Source: an uncultured Akkermansia sp. (GTDB lineage Bacteria; Verrucomicrobiota; Verrucomicrobiia; Verrucomicrobiales; Akkermansiaceae). From it: a stretch of 64,000 bases of DNA. Positions within the stretch are counted from its first letter, which is position 1. Every line of letters starts with the position of its first letter. The stretch spans positions 6,522 through 70,521 of the forward strand of contig CANRLM010000002.1 in NCBI GenBank assembly GCA_947631435.1, written 5' to 3'. The position numbers were made by a program, and so were the translations under genes. Below the pieces are notes generated by a model. It did not search any database and was not told where the DNA came from. It saw only the letters and a list, made by a program, of their open reading frames with translations. Shown here one piece after another: positions 44,788-54,843 of the stretch.

Positions 44788-46017
44788 ATGTCCTGGGACG
44801 GAAAACAATTTGGACGACCACTTGTCATGCTTCTGCGCGATGACATGGAGGAACTGTGCAAAGAGCGAGGCTACAAGATGGGGGCGGAGCTGGATGAGCT
44901 GCTGCCGAAGGAGCGGCGAGTAAGCGCTTCACTGGCATTGGCTTTACTGATGCACAACGGGAAATCGGAGGCGGCGGCAAACCTGCTAAGCTATGCCATT
45001 GTGCCGAGGGTGGGGGTGTGGTGGTGTTACCTATGCTACCGGCTGGTGGCAGAGGACATTGAGAAGGATAAGGCGAAGGATGGATTGACCCCCACGGAAA
45101 GATTCAAAAAAGAACAAGAGGAATTGATCAAAAGTCTTACGGACACATCGGACGTGGATGCCATGGTGGAGGCGCGAAAAAAGGAATTGGAGGCACAGGT
45201 GAAGGAGCTGGAAGCAGCTGCGCGTGAGCAAAAATACCTCAACCCGGTAGAACGCATCAAACTCAAGCTGGCGGTTTTGCAGCGGGAGTACGCTGAGTTC
45301 GAGCAGTCGCTGCCGCCCGGAAGCATGGGGAAACCCGGCGACCCCATAGCCATGGAATCGACCATCAACAGTATTTTGGAGCAGGCGAAAAGCAGCATGA
45401 ATGTGTACCTTGAAACGCTGCAGCGCGACCGACAAATGGTGGCAAATGCGGCTAAGGACGATGATCCCATCTTCCAGGCGATCGAGCAGAAAGTCGGCGC
45501 TGTGAAACCGAAGATCGACCAAGCCATGAACAAGTACTTCCCGCTCAAAATACCCGGATTGCCGGCGAGACCAACGGCAGCGGAAAAGGGGAAAGCGGTG
45601 GAAGCCGCACTGCGCTGGATACTCGTCCCGAGCGATGACAACGGGAAACTGGCCTGTGAGGCGGCTATGGCGGCGCAGGATGGTCCCGAAGCCATGCTTG
45701 CCTACTCCGCTTTCTGGAGCTCCACCAACCTCAAAACAGAAACCGGCATCGCCCCGACAAACATAGGACTTCCTCCTCTGGGTATCAGCAAAACGCTCAT
45801 GCAGATCGCCTTGATGGAAGGGGGAACCATGGACTACGACAAGCGCTACGAAGAGTTCTTGCGCCTGGGGATTGAGTGCGCGGACGGCACTTGCACGTGG
45901 GATGAATACGGCAACCCGGTGCGTGCTGCCGAAAAGGAAAAAAAGAGAGGCGCACCCGACGACAGCGTTTTTAAGTCGCGTTTTGGGTTCGGCAGGGAAG
46001 AACATTCGCAACCATGA
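44788..46017 (+). CDS. DUF6931-like T6SS-associated protein with a large helical insertion
   Basis: LSYAIVPRVGVWWCYLC and VEAALRWILVPSDDN...LAYSAFWS resemble, from recall, the DUF6931 motifs found next to vgrG/PAAR genes. Confidence 0.6.
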   Translation: MSWDGKQFGRPLVMLLRDDMEELCKERGYKMGAELDELLPKERRVSASLALALLMHNGKSEAAANLLSYAIVPRVGVWWCYLCYRLVAEDIEKDKAKDGLTPTERFKKEQEELIKSLTDTSDVDAMVEARKKELEAQVKELEAAAREQKYLNPVERIKLKLAVLQREYAEFEQSLPPGSMGKPGDPIAMESTINSILEQAKSSMNVYLETLQRDRQMVANAAKDDDPIFQAIEQKVGAVKPKIDQAMNKYFPLKIPGLPARPTAAEKGKAVEAALRWILVPSDDNGKLACEAAMAAQDGPEAMLAYSAFWSSTNLKTETGIAPTNIGLPPLGISKTLMQIALMEGGTMDYDKRYEEFLRLGIECADGTCTWDEYGNPVRAAEKEKKRGAPDDSVFKSRFGFGREEHSQP

Positions 46018-46532
46018 AGACAATCGTACACAGACTGAGCCTGCTTGCCCCGGCGGTTTTCCTGCTGGCGGGGTGCTCGTGGTTTGTCAGCAAGCCGCTG
46101 CCGATCTGTGTAATCGATGGGCGAAGCAAACCCGTGCGCGGTGATGTGGTCGATGTGTTCGCCGTGCGCGGTGAAAATGAACTGCTCCGCCAAACGGTCA
46201 CTCCGGTGGATGAATACTTCAGCACGTTGGGACGCGCTTCGCGTCCGTCCGTGATATGGCGCTGCTACATGGATGATGGCTTCCGACAAATTCTGTGGGA
46301 TGATTCGTGGGAAATGCGTACGTGGAGACGCTCCGGAGCTGACAGAGCCATCGCTGTGACTAAGCGTCCGCCACGCACCACGACCGATAGCGCAGATTCT
46401 CGTCGCACCACTTTCTCTCTGGCTAAAAAGGATTACCCGCGTGGCACGCAGAGCCTCATCTTGCATGTGACAGATGTCGGCCCGGTGGTTGAAGCCTCAC
46501 GCACCAAACTCATCAAACCGAAGAAAAAATAA
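46014..46532 (+). CDS. Lipoprotein, divergent paralog of the TssJ-like protein
   Basis: Lipobox LAGC; aligns by eye with 46827-47342. Confidence 0.7.
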   Translation: MKTIVHRLSLLAPAVFLLAGCSWFVSKPLPICVIDGRSKPVRGDVVDVFAVRGENELLRQTVTPVDEYFSTLGRASRPSVIWRCYMDDGFRQILWDDSWEMRTWRRSGADRAIAVTKRPPRTTTDSADSRRTTFSLAKKDYPRGTQSLILHVTDVGPVVEASRTKLIKPKKK

Positions 46533-46536
46533 AACC

Positions 46537-46824
46537 ATGCCGACCCCCATCATGATCACCACCGGAGTTTCTGCCACGGGAGACATCGTGACAGGTACAG
46601 CCGTCAACTTTTTGGTGCATGGGCTCCCGATTGCAACCCTGACCTCTCCCGTTGCCGGACCCATGTGCGCGGGTGTCCTCTCGGTCTCGACAGCTGTCAA
46701 CAAACTGGTGCATGGACTTCCCATGGCCAATATCACCTCGGTAGCGACGGGGGCGAACCCCATCACGGGGGTGCCGGTAACAACAGCGGCTGTTGTCACA
46801 ACAGGAATCAACTATATCTGCTAA
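46537..46824 (+). CDS. Divergent PAAR-like spike tip protein (95 aa)
   Basis: Two repeats NFLVHGLPIATLTS / NKLVHGLPMANITS corresponding to the V-x-I-x-G-x-PAAR motif; small, Gly/Thr/Val-rich; located in the vgrG cluster. Confidence 0.7.
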   Translation: MPTPIMITTGVSATGDIVTGTAVNFLVHGLPIATLTSPVAGPMCAGVLSVSTAVNKLVHGLPMANITSVATGANPITGVPVTTAAVVTTGINYIC

Positions 46825-46826
46825 TC

Positions 46827-47342
46827 ATGAAAAAAGCTATTCGAAAAGTAGGAGTTATCATGGGAGTACTGCTCGCGTTAACCGGGTGTAACTCAACTGC
46901 GCCGAAGAAGTTGGGAATCAACATAGCGTACGATCCGGTGACCATTGAGAGACTGCGCGTGTTCCCCACCGTGGAAGTGGATATCGTGGAAGCAAATGAA
47001 ACGATGCTCAAGCAATTGGAAGCCACTTCGATTGATGATTATTTTGACCCGGACAACATGCTGCGGGATTCCTTGCGGCGTAAGACTTTCTATTTCGGAG
47101 AGGAAGATAATGGAGCGAAAAAACTCGAGAAAAGCGACAAGATTTGGGACACATGGATTAACAAACACGGAGCAAGCCACGTGGTGCTGTTTGCTAATTT
47201 GGCTCGCGATGGAGCCAAAGGACCGGATATGCGCCGGCTTACTCTCCCCCTGGCTAAGAATCGTTGGAAGTCCGGCGAAATTAACGTGAGCATCATACCA
47301 GCCGGTTTGATGCTGCAAACCCCTATGAATCCTGAGGATTAA
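46827..47342 (+). CDS. tssJ: T6SS outer-membrane lipoprotein TssJ-like
   Basis: Lipobox LTGC, 171 aa, canonical position immediately upstream of tssK-tssL; sequence similarity to TssJ is weak. Confidence 0.6.
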   Translation: MKKAIRKVGVIMGVLLALTGCNSTAPKKLGINIAYDPVTIERLRVFPTVEVDIVEANETMLKQLEATSIDDYFDPDNMLRDSLRRKTFYFGEEDNGAKKLEKSDKIWDTWINKHGASHVVLFANLARDGAKGPDMRRLTLPLAKNRWKSGEINVSIIPAGLMLQTPMNPED

Positions 47343-47369
47343 TCGTATCACAATAATATACAAGCGACT

Positions 47370-48743
47370 ATGTACCAAAATTTGCCGAGTCTGAGTTGGA
47401 CGGAGGGATTGTTTCTGCGTCCGCACCATTTCCAGCAAGAACAACTTCAACATGCTGTAGCCCGTCGGAGCGATCGCGCTCTTGCTCTGCCGTACACCTA
47501 TGGGTTGATCAGCTTGGAGTTGGATAAGACCGCGTTGGAGAACGGTTGTTTCCGCGCAAAGAAACTTCAGGCAATTTTACCGGGCGGCGTGGAGGTGGAC
47601 ATGCCGGGGAACAGCCGGGCTGATGACTTGGACCTGACCACTGAAATGGGCCAAAGTTCCCACATCACGATCTACGCCGCGCTTCCCCCATTGCACGAAG
47701 GTGAGAGGAATGAGGATGATCAAGAGACGGAAGGAGTGCGTCGTTTTGAACCCTATTCCCGGGATTGCTATGATGAGAATGCCGGTGGAAATGAACAGCC
47801 TGTCATGTTCCGACGCATGCGGGTGCTGCTCTCCAGCAAGAGCGAGGAACTCCCCGGCTACGAAAAAATGCCCATACTCCGTTTGGAGTGTCGTCGAACC
47901 AGGGACGGTAAACCTTTTTTGACGCCGGATGCCCAGTACGTCCCGCCGGCGCTTTGTCTGTCGGCCGTGCCCATGCTGCACAGCCGGCTGGAGGCTTTAT
48001 GCACTCATCTTGACCAGGTGGCTCAGAGCATCGTGACGGCTCTGCGGCAGCGAGAACTGCAGGAGCAGCCCGCCCTTCGCCTTGAGAAGATGACCAAATG
48101 CGCGTTCGTGCGGGCAGCTGTTGCAGGATTGCGCGGGATGATGGCATGCGCGCATGTGACACCTGTAGCGCTCTACCTTGAGCTGGGGCGGTTGCTGATG
48201 CAGCTGTCCGCTTTTTCTCCGCAGGAGGATTGCACGACACCTCCGCCGTACCATCACGATGATTGTTTGCCTCAATTTGAGGCGGTGATAGATGGTATTT
48301 ACCGCTTGACGCGGACGGAAGCGACGGAGTGGTGTGTGCGTGTGGAACTCACCTATCAGGAAACCGATGCAGCGTGGCATGGCAGCATGCAGCCGGAGTG
48401 GCTCAACAGCGTCCGAGCAGCGTATGTGGGTGTGCGTAGCGAAGAGTCTCCCCGGCATGTTGCCGATTTGGTGGAGGCCGGCGACGTGTTTAAACTCACG
48501 GCCGGCTCACAGGCTACCAAGCGCGTGCGAGGAGTCCGTCTGATGGAGGAACGTCTTCCCTCTCCTCTTCTCCCACCCGGTGGGGATCGCCTGTGGTTCC
48601 GTACGGACAAACTGGGGAGTGACACTACGTGGCAGGATATCTGCGAGGAGAAGCAATGCGCCCTCACATGGAGTGAAAAAGCGCTTCCCCATACGCAAGC
48701 TGAACTTTATCTCATCCTTTCCAGCCTCAATAACGACAGATGA
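47370..48743 (+). CDS. tssK: T6SS baseplate subunit
   Basis: WTEGLFLRPHHFQQ signature; YHHDDCLPQF. Confidence 0.93.
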   Translation: MYQNLPSLSWTEGLFLRPHHFQQEQLQHAVARRSDRALALPYTYGLISLELDKTALENGCFRAKKLQAILPGGVEVDMPGNSRADDLDLTTEMGQSSHITIYAALPPLHEGERNEDDQETEGVRRFEPYSRDCYDENAGGNEQPVMFRRMRVLLSSKSEELPGYEKMPILRLECRRTRDGKPFLTPDAQYVPPALCLSAVPMLHSRLEALCTHLDQVAQSIVTALRQRELQEQPALRLEKMTKCAFVRAAVAGLRGMMACAHVTPVALYLELGRLLMQLSAFSPQEDCTTPPPYHHDDCLPQFEAVIDGIYRLTRTEATEWCVRVELTYQETDAAWHGSMQPEWLNSVRAAYVGVRSEESPRHVADLVEAGDVFKLTAGSQATKRVRGVRLMEERLPSPLLPPGGDRLWFRTDKLGSDTTWQDICEEKQCALTWSEKALPHTQAELYLILSSLNNDR

Positions 48744-49705
48744 CGCTCTACGAACTATTTCACCCTCTGGTCACGTACATGGTGGCAAGCCGTTATGAGG
48801 CAGCTTCCGGTAAAGGCCCTGAAATGGATGTGCTGCTCGGGCATATCATGCGCGAGCTTTCCACGATTCGTAAGACGGGAGCGGTCTCAGCCGATTTGGC
48901 AGAAGGAATGGAGGATGCGTGCAGGTACACGGCGTTTTACATCGATTACATGGTGCACGAGGGGAATTTCCCGTACGCGCGGGAGTGGCAGGATCTCGGG
49001 CGCAGCCTTTACAATGAACTGGCAGGGGATGAAAAGTTCTTTGATTATATGAGGCAGTGGTTGGCAGAGGATACGCCCCTTGCGCGAGATCACCTGCGGT
49101 TGATGCATGCGATGATCGCCAGCGGCTTTTCCGGAGCGTTGGAGCGGCGCAGCGTGCAACTCGAGGAACTCTTACGGAGTGCGGCTGAGAAAATCAACTT
49201 GCCCGGTGAAGAACAGGCCAAGCATTCTTTGCTGGAATCTCAAGGGGAAAAGTCGTTGATGAAGCCTCGCAGGCCTGTCTTGGTAGCGGGGTTGGTAACC
49301 TGCGCCTGTGCGGTGATACTCGTTGCGTCTGTCCTCTTTTACATCCACACATACAGGGGGGCAACCGTAGCGCTTTGGCAGGTACTCGACAAAACAGGGG
49401 AGTATATAAGAATGGAGGCTGTTCTTCATGCCCAGAATTCTGACAGCATGGTCGTGAAGGGGGTGAACCTGGACAGGAAGCATGCAGAGTCTGCCGACGC
49501 TGTACAGGAAAAGGAGGCAGAGTCTTCTCCTCCACCTGTGGAGCACACGAATCCTGCCGATGCCCCCGGAGAGGGAACGTCTATCGCTCCCGGATCGGGC
49601 GATGCATCGGAACATACGTCGTGCGCGCCTGAGGAAGAACCGCGCCAACTTCCTGAGTTGCCGCAAGAATACACGGAACAGCTTGGAGAGGAGGGAAAAG
49701 AGTGA
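48740..49705 (+). CDS. tssL: T6SS membrane subunit, DotU/TssL family
   Basis: YTAFYIDYMV...W...NELAGDEKFFDY, SGFSG, single TM (VLVAGLVTCACAVILVASVLFY), acidic tail. Confidence 0.8.
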   Translation: MTLYELFHPLVTYMVASRYEAASGKGPEMDVLLGHIMRELSTIRKTGAVSADLAEGMEDACRYTAFYIDYMVHEGNFPYAREWQDLGRSLYNELAGDEKFFDYMRQWLAEDTPLARDHLRLMHAMIASGFSGALERRSVQLEELLRSAAEKINLPGEEQAKHSLLESQGEKSLMKPRRPVLVAGLVTCACAVILVASVLFYIHTYRGATVALWQVLDKTGEYIRMEAVLHAQNSDSMVVKGVNLDRKHAESADAVQEKEAESSPPPVEHTNPADAPGEGTSIAPGSGDASEHTSCAPEEEPRQLPELPQEYTEQLGEEGKE

Positions 49706-52700
49706 TGAATATGCCGTTTGAACCATATTGTGCCGTAGCCAACGTCGTCCCGCCGACCCTGAATGATGCATCAGATGTGTCTGGCTCTCGACTGAGTTCG
49801 GCGCAGGACTCCATGATGCCGGGATGGCTGAGTGAGATGACGATGATGGACTGGGTGGTCGTGGCATTGGTGGCGCTTGCCGCGCTCATCTTGATATACG
49901 TGCTGGTCCGTGTGCTGCGCAGGAGGGCTCAATTGCGCAGCATGGTGAACACCATGCGCGAGGATCTGTTGCTGCGCCGGGAGCTGGCAGCCATGGCGGC
50001 CGGCAAGGATCTGAAGGCACAACAGCGCGAGCAGTACCTGCGCACGGAAAATATCCGCATGGATTTGGCCGCCGCCAAACATACGATGGAGGAGCGGGGG
50101 TTGTCCCCCCGCAATACAGGGTCATGGTTCTTACTCGGTGAACCGGGCTCCGGCAAGAGCCGCCTCATGGAGTACGGCGGTATTCGCTATCCGGCCGGCA
50201 TCAATGATTTCTCCCTCGCGAGTGAACCTACGTCCACGTTCAACATGTGGCTGGCGGATAAAGGGATGGTTTGGGATATCGGAGGACGCCTTTTCCTGAG
50301 TCGTTGGGGAGGACGTCAGGACCACGAATGGCAGACTTTCCTCGATGGTTACAAGAAAATTTTTAAGAACAATTTAGTCAGAGGGGTGATCCTGACGATC
50401 CCGGCGGATGCACTTCTGCTTGACTCCTCAGAATTACGAGATCGCAAGGTATCGCTCATTGCCGAGGAGATGCGGGCTTTCAATCGTACATGCGGGGTGT
50501 ATTGTCCGGTATGGGTCGTGATTACGAAGTGCGATCAGTTGGATGGATTTTCGGAGTTCTTTTCCCTTCTTCACGAGAAGGACTGTGAAAAACCCCTCGG
50601 TTGGCAAAATCCGGAACCGGATCAACCTTTTGACCCTGTCATTGCCGACAGAGGATTTGATGAGTTGATGGAAAATCTCAGGACGCTTCGCGCCTCTTTT
50701 GCACTCAATGAGAGTGTGTGGGAAAAATGTGCCGCATCTGGCGGTCGACGTGATGATACGGCCATCCCCGTGTACATGCTGCCGGAGGCTTTTGCGCGAA
50801 TGAAGGAAAACCTGAAGCGGTATTTGGCAGGCATTTTCACTCACGTGGAGAATAAGGGGAACGCTCGGGGTCTCTTCCAGTTCATGGGTGTTTGGTTCAC
50901 GGCGACCCTGGACAAACCGGTGACGACCATGGAGCGGGTGATGTTCCACAAGGATGGCGATCGTCTCAGTCCCGTCGTCCTCCCGAACAGTGCCGTAGAG
51001 ACTCCTGCCGCACCTGCTGAGCAACTCGGGGGTGATGCTGTTGCGGATCTTGTTTCCGTGCGCGAGAAGATACTCTCCCTTGCTTCCCCGCGTCATTATT
51101 TTACGTCGCATCTTTTGCAGCACCTTGTATTGGGAGTCGGCAATCGGAGCGATTACACGTATGCTGCTGCGCGCAGAATGCGTCGGCCGTACTGGATCGG
51201 CGCCGTTTCTTTGCTCGCCCTGGCGTTGCCGCTGGTCATATGGGCGGCCGTCCATCGCGAAGAACTCAAGCGCCTGGCTGATCGTCACGTGGCTTTTTGG
51301 ACGAAGACGCACCAACTCTTCGTAGGAGGAGCCATTCATAATGCTCCCCTGATTGCGGCAGAGAAGGGAAAACAAATTTCGTTCACGGATGTTCCGGTCC
51401 CCGGCACACAGATTTCCAGACGGGAGTATCTGTACAATCTGGACAACATGGCTACGCTTTCTACGGATCTGCCGGTGTTTTGGCGAGCAGCGTCCTGGGT
51501 GACAGACGGTGAGGCGTCAGGTATTCTGCTGGAAAAGCACAAGAAATTCATTGATAAGGCCGCCGTAGTTTGCATGCTCGTACAACCTGTTGTCGATTCT
51601 GCCAGAGCTGTGTTTACCTATCGGGCGGAACATTACCAGGCAGGGCAGAATCCATGGAGTTCGGATGATACAAAATCTCTGGCAACGCTCATGCGCATCA
51701 CCAACTACGGGATTCATCTGATGAATGGCGAGCGCATGTTGGATGATATCGTGTATGCCGATTTGGTGAACCTGGGAAGCTCCCCCAGCCATGAGGCCGC
51801 CATTAAATCCTTCTGGAGCGCCAGCACTGCAGGCAACAAGACCATCATGGAGATGAGCATACTCAATGGCTATCTCAAGCCCGTGTCCATGGAGGCTGCT
51901 CAAGCTATCAGTTCCGGTGCAGCTCTCTATACTGCGGCTCTCGATACCATGGAGATATACCCGCAGTACAATTATCTGGCGATGCGGCGTTTTTTGGAGA
52001 GATTGAGCCGTATGCGGAAGCTGCAGGCCGATATGAAGCAACGCGAGGAAATGTTCTGCGATGCCGTGCGCAGAGAGGATTCGGAGCGTATGCATGCGTG
52101 CCGGGATGAGTGGAAGGGAATCTATGAAGAGGCCTTGAAACTGCAACAAAATCTCCTGGAAGATGAGCGCCTTCTGGGAATTGATTCGCAGAACTCACTG
52201 CGTGAGTGTGTGGAGAAGTTGCACTCCCGCATTCATGCCGAGATGGAAAAAGATATCCATCGATTTGATGATTTGGGAAAATATCTGGGTGATTCAGAAA
52301 ACGCTGAATTCCTTCGAAACCAGGTGATTGCCCTTCACAAGGCAATTGGTGACAAAATTCCCCGGATAGCCCAGGAGTGTGATTCTCTGCCCGAGGATAT
52401 ATGCAGCTTGTGGGATCGACGCAAGGAAGACGCCTCTGAACTTCGTCCCTGGCAGCGCTTTATGGCGTATGCCAAATCTCTCTACGACGTTTTATACTAC
52501 CCGCTGCCGGCCGGAGAACAGGGGGAGTCCTTCCATCGTCGCATTGCGCGGGTGAAGGAGATCAAGAAGCGCTATGATGAGGCGGTCTCTGCGCTCGCTC
52601 AACAAGGCGGCGTTGATTTGGGCGCTTCCTGTTGGGAGCAAAACTGGCTTATTCTCACCAATCGCGTAATCCTGGATTGGCTCCGCACCGTGCCTTTGAG

Positions 52701-54810
52701 CAATACCGATATCATCCCCGAGGAGATGCTGAAAAAAACGCTACGGAAACTCCCTGCCATCCCGTACACGCGCGCCGGCAAATATACGCTTAATCCCTGC
52801 TATGACCCGAACACGGTCAACATGCGCATCACAGACCTCAACGAGCTTTCTGCGTTCGTGCATGAACACCTGACCACGAGTAAATCTCGCGATGATGAGC
52901 AGATAACCCACCTGGTTAAGCTGTTGGATGATGCGTGTCGCCATTTCCTTGTGGATTATGTGATGTATTGGACAGACGAGATACCCGCCCACTATAAAAT
53001 TCAGGGCATACGCAGTTGGGCGCAGTTTGTTGAGAGTGGGGACGTGTTTTTCACGGCTGATGTGTCCGGCATGCTCTACGAGATCAATGAGTTGATGTAT
53101 AAGGCTCTTTCTATCCCCTGTCTGCAGGATAAAGAGCTGTTCCCAGAGGTGGCTTCCCGACTTGAAGAAATTAACCGCGCTCAGAAAGGACTCAATTCGG
53201 AGGCGCGGCGCAGTTTCCTGCATTCAGCGGATTTCATCAGCCGCCTGGATACTTCCCCTTCCAAGGCCTGGCAGACGCTCGTGAGGATGCCGGTTGAGGA
53301 TCTCTTCAAGCAGTTCTGGGGCTCATGGTACGCCGACGAGTCTGACGCGACCTTCCTCTGGTGGAATGATTACCTGAGTAATGGGATGCGCCTGCTCAAA
53401 AAAGAAGCGGCCGATGAACTAAGCGAGAGTGTGCGTGGATGCCTGCCGCTCGCATCCATGTTCCCGCTGTGTAACACCCCGCTGCGACGACCGGAGGAAA
53501 TTCTCTCCTCTTATGACCTGGAGAATCTGCAGGAACGCCTGGAAGGACTCTCCGGTCTGTCGGATGAGGGACAGGAGGCGGAAATCGCCAAGCAGGCAGG
53601 TTTGCGTAACATCCCGGAGGAGAATGCCACGCTTCGTCTGCCGATGAACGGACAGCGCGAGAAGGCCTGGGCTAAGGTGTCGGATGTCGTGCAGTTACTG
53701 GCCGATCCAGAGTTGCCGCTCACGGCCGCGATAGTTCTGCCCCCGGCTGAGGCGAGAACTGCTTCTGTCAGCGGAGAGGACGGGAAGAGCCGTCTGCTGC
53801 CTGTGGGAAGACGCTACCCGTATTTCCGTGTGGCTCGTGATGGTGAGGCTCTCTCCTCCCTCGTGAATCTTAATCGTGAAAACAAGGAGGATATGCCGCT
53901 GACGTCCGGTCCGATACCGGCAGACGCGGGAAATCTCCAATTCCAATTTTTCCGCAGAGCGGATGACCCGTCACCCGGCTGCACCGTGAACATTTCCGGC
54001 GGCTGGAGTGCGATTAACCTTTACCTTCGCTCAGGGGTTGTACTGGGCGATGACAAAAAAACGGCGTATGTGCCCCTTATTTTCCGTGATAAGGAAGGTT
54101 ATAGTTGCCTGTTCTGGGTGGGCGTGCGCTTCAATCGTGATATGATTTCTCCCGGCGATTGGCTCGGTGCGACTGCGTTTGATGAGAGCCCGAACGTTCA
54201 GGGAGATGCTGCAGCTTCTGCGGAGAAAGAATTGCGCAAAGCATTTCGCCAAGCTTTCCTCACGGAGCGTAGCTTGCCGCGTGCCGTCTCGTCGGCTGAT
54301 CGCGAGGAGTTGCGTCGCTCCGTCCAGTCATTGCTGGGTAAGACGTACTCAATAGCTTTTGAGGTCGTGCTTCCAAGCGCTGTGGCAGAACCCCAGGAGG
54401 AGCGCTTGCGTACCGCTGCTCTTTATCCATATTTCGCCGTGGGATCTGCCAATGGCAGTTCGGGGAAGCTGCGTGCCGTCCCGGATGCTACGCAAAGCGC
54501 ACCATCGCTTATCCCGGGCAAAGAGAAGCTGCTCTTGCGCCTTTATCGCCACGCGCAAGATGAGTTTTCCGCCATGTACGTCCAGCAGCGGGAACCTCTC
54601 CTGGATTACGTTATCACCCACGCTACGGAGTATTCGCCTGTTCCCGGCTATTTGACAGTGCCCGTATCTGTTTCGTCCGGCAGGGGCTCTATGGTATACA
54701 CGCTTTACCTGCGCCCCGTAATCAAGGTATATGCCGATGATGGACTGCTGCCGGAGGATGGATCCGGCGGGTTGCATGTTGACTATCCTGATGAAGATCT
54801 TCCTCTTTAA
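49702..54810 (+). CDS. tssM: T6SS membrane subunit IcmF/TssM, extended (1702 aa)
   Basis: WFLLGEPGSGKS Walker A, NMWLADKGMVWDIGGR, RGVILTIPAD, PVWVVITKCDQLDGFSEFF, TM at YWIGAVSLLALALPLVIWA. Confidence 0.85.
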   Translation: MMNMPFEPYCAVANVVPPTLNDASDVSGSRLSSAQDSMMPGWLSEMTMMDWVVVALVALAALILIYVLVRVLRRRAQLRSMVNTMREDLLLRRELAAMAAGKDLKAQQREQYLRTENIRMDLAAAKHTMEERGLSPRNTGSWFLLGEPGSGKSRLMEYGGIRYPAGINDFSLASEPTSTFNMWLADKGMVWDIGGRLFLSRWGGRQDHEWQTFLDGYKKIFKNNLVRGVILTIPADALLLDSSELRDRKVSLIAEEMRAFNRTCGVYCPVWVVITKCDQLDGFSEFFSLLHEKDCEKPLGWQNPEPDQPFDPVIADRGFDELMENLRTLRASFALNESVWEKCAASGGRRDDTAIPVYMLPEAFARMKENLKRYLAGIFTHVENKGNARGLFQFMGVWFTATLDKPVTTMERVMFHKDGDRLSPVVLPNSAVETPAAPAEQLGGDAVADLVSVREKILSLASPRHYFTSHLLQHLVLGVGNRSDYTYAAARRMRRPYWIGAVSLLALALPLVIWAAVHREELKRLADRHVAFWTKTHQLFVGGAIHNAPLIAAEKGKQISFTDVPVPGTQISRREYLYNLDNMATLSTDLPVFWRAASWVTDGEASGILLEKHKKFIDKAAVVCMLVQPVVDSARAVFTYRAEHYQAGQNPWSSDDTKSLATLMRITNYGIHLMNGERMLDDIVYADLVNLGSSPSHEAAIKSFWSASTAGNKTIMEMSILNGYLKPVSMEAAQAISSGAALYTAALDTMEIYPQYNYLAMRRFLERLSRMRKLQADMKQREEMFCDAVRREDSERMHACRDEWKGIYEEALKLQQNLLEDERLLGIDSQNSLRECVEKLHSRIHAEMEKDIHRFDDLGKYLGDSENAEFLRNQVIALHKAIGDKIPRIAQECDSLPEDICSLWDRRKEDASELRPWQRFMAYAKSLYDVLYYPLPAGEQGESFHRRIARVKEIKKRYDEAVSALAQQGGVDLGASCWEQNWLILTNRVILDWLRTVPLSNTDIIPEEMLKKTLRKLPAIPYTRAGKYTLNPCYDPNTVNMRITDLNELSAFVHEHLTTSKSRDDEQITHLVKLLDDACRHFLVDYVMYWTDEIPAHYKIQGIRSWAQFVESGDVFFTADVSGMLYEINELMYKALSIPCLQDKELFPEVASRLEEINRAQKGLNSEARRSFLHSADFISRLDTSPSKAWQTLVRMPVEDLFKQFWGSWYADESDATFLWWNDYLSNGMRLLKKEAADELSESVRGCLPLASMFPLCNTPLRRPEEILSSYDLENLQERLEGLSGLSDEGQEAEIAKQAGLRNIPEENATLRLPMNGQREKAWAKVSDVVQLLADPELPLTAAIVLPPAEARTASVSGEDGKSRLLPVGRRYPYFRVARDGEALSSLVNLNRENKEDMPLTSGPIPADAGNLQFQFFRRADDPSPGCTVNISGGWSAINLYLRSGVVLGDDKKTAYVPLIFRDKEGYSCLFWVGVRFNRDMISPGDWLGATAFDESPNVQGDAAASAEKELRKAFRQAFLTERSLPRAVSSADREELRRSVQSLLGKTYSIAFEVVLPSAVAEPQEERLRTAALYPYFAVGSANGSSGKLRAVPDATQSAPSLIPGKEKLLLRLYRHAQDEFSAMYVQQREPLLDYVITHATEYSPVPGYLTVPVSVSSGRGSMVYTLYLRPVIKVYADDGLLPEDGSGGLHVDYPDEDLPL

Positions 54811-54843
54811 TTCTCAACCCCGAAACTTAGCACTCACACGACT

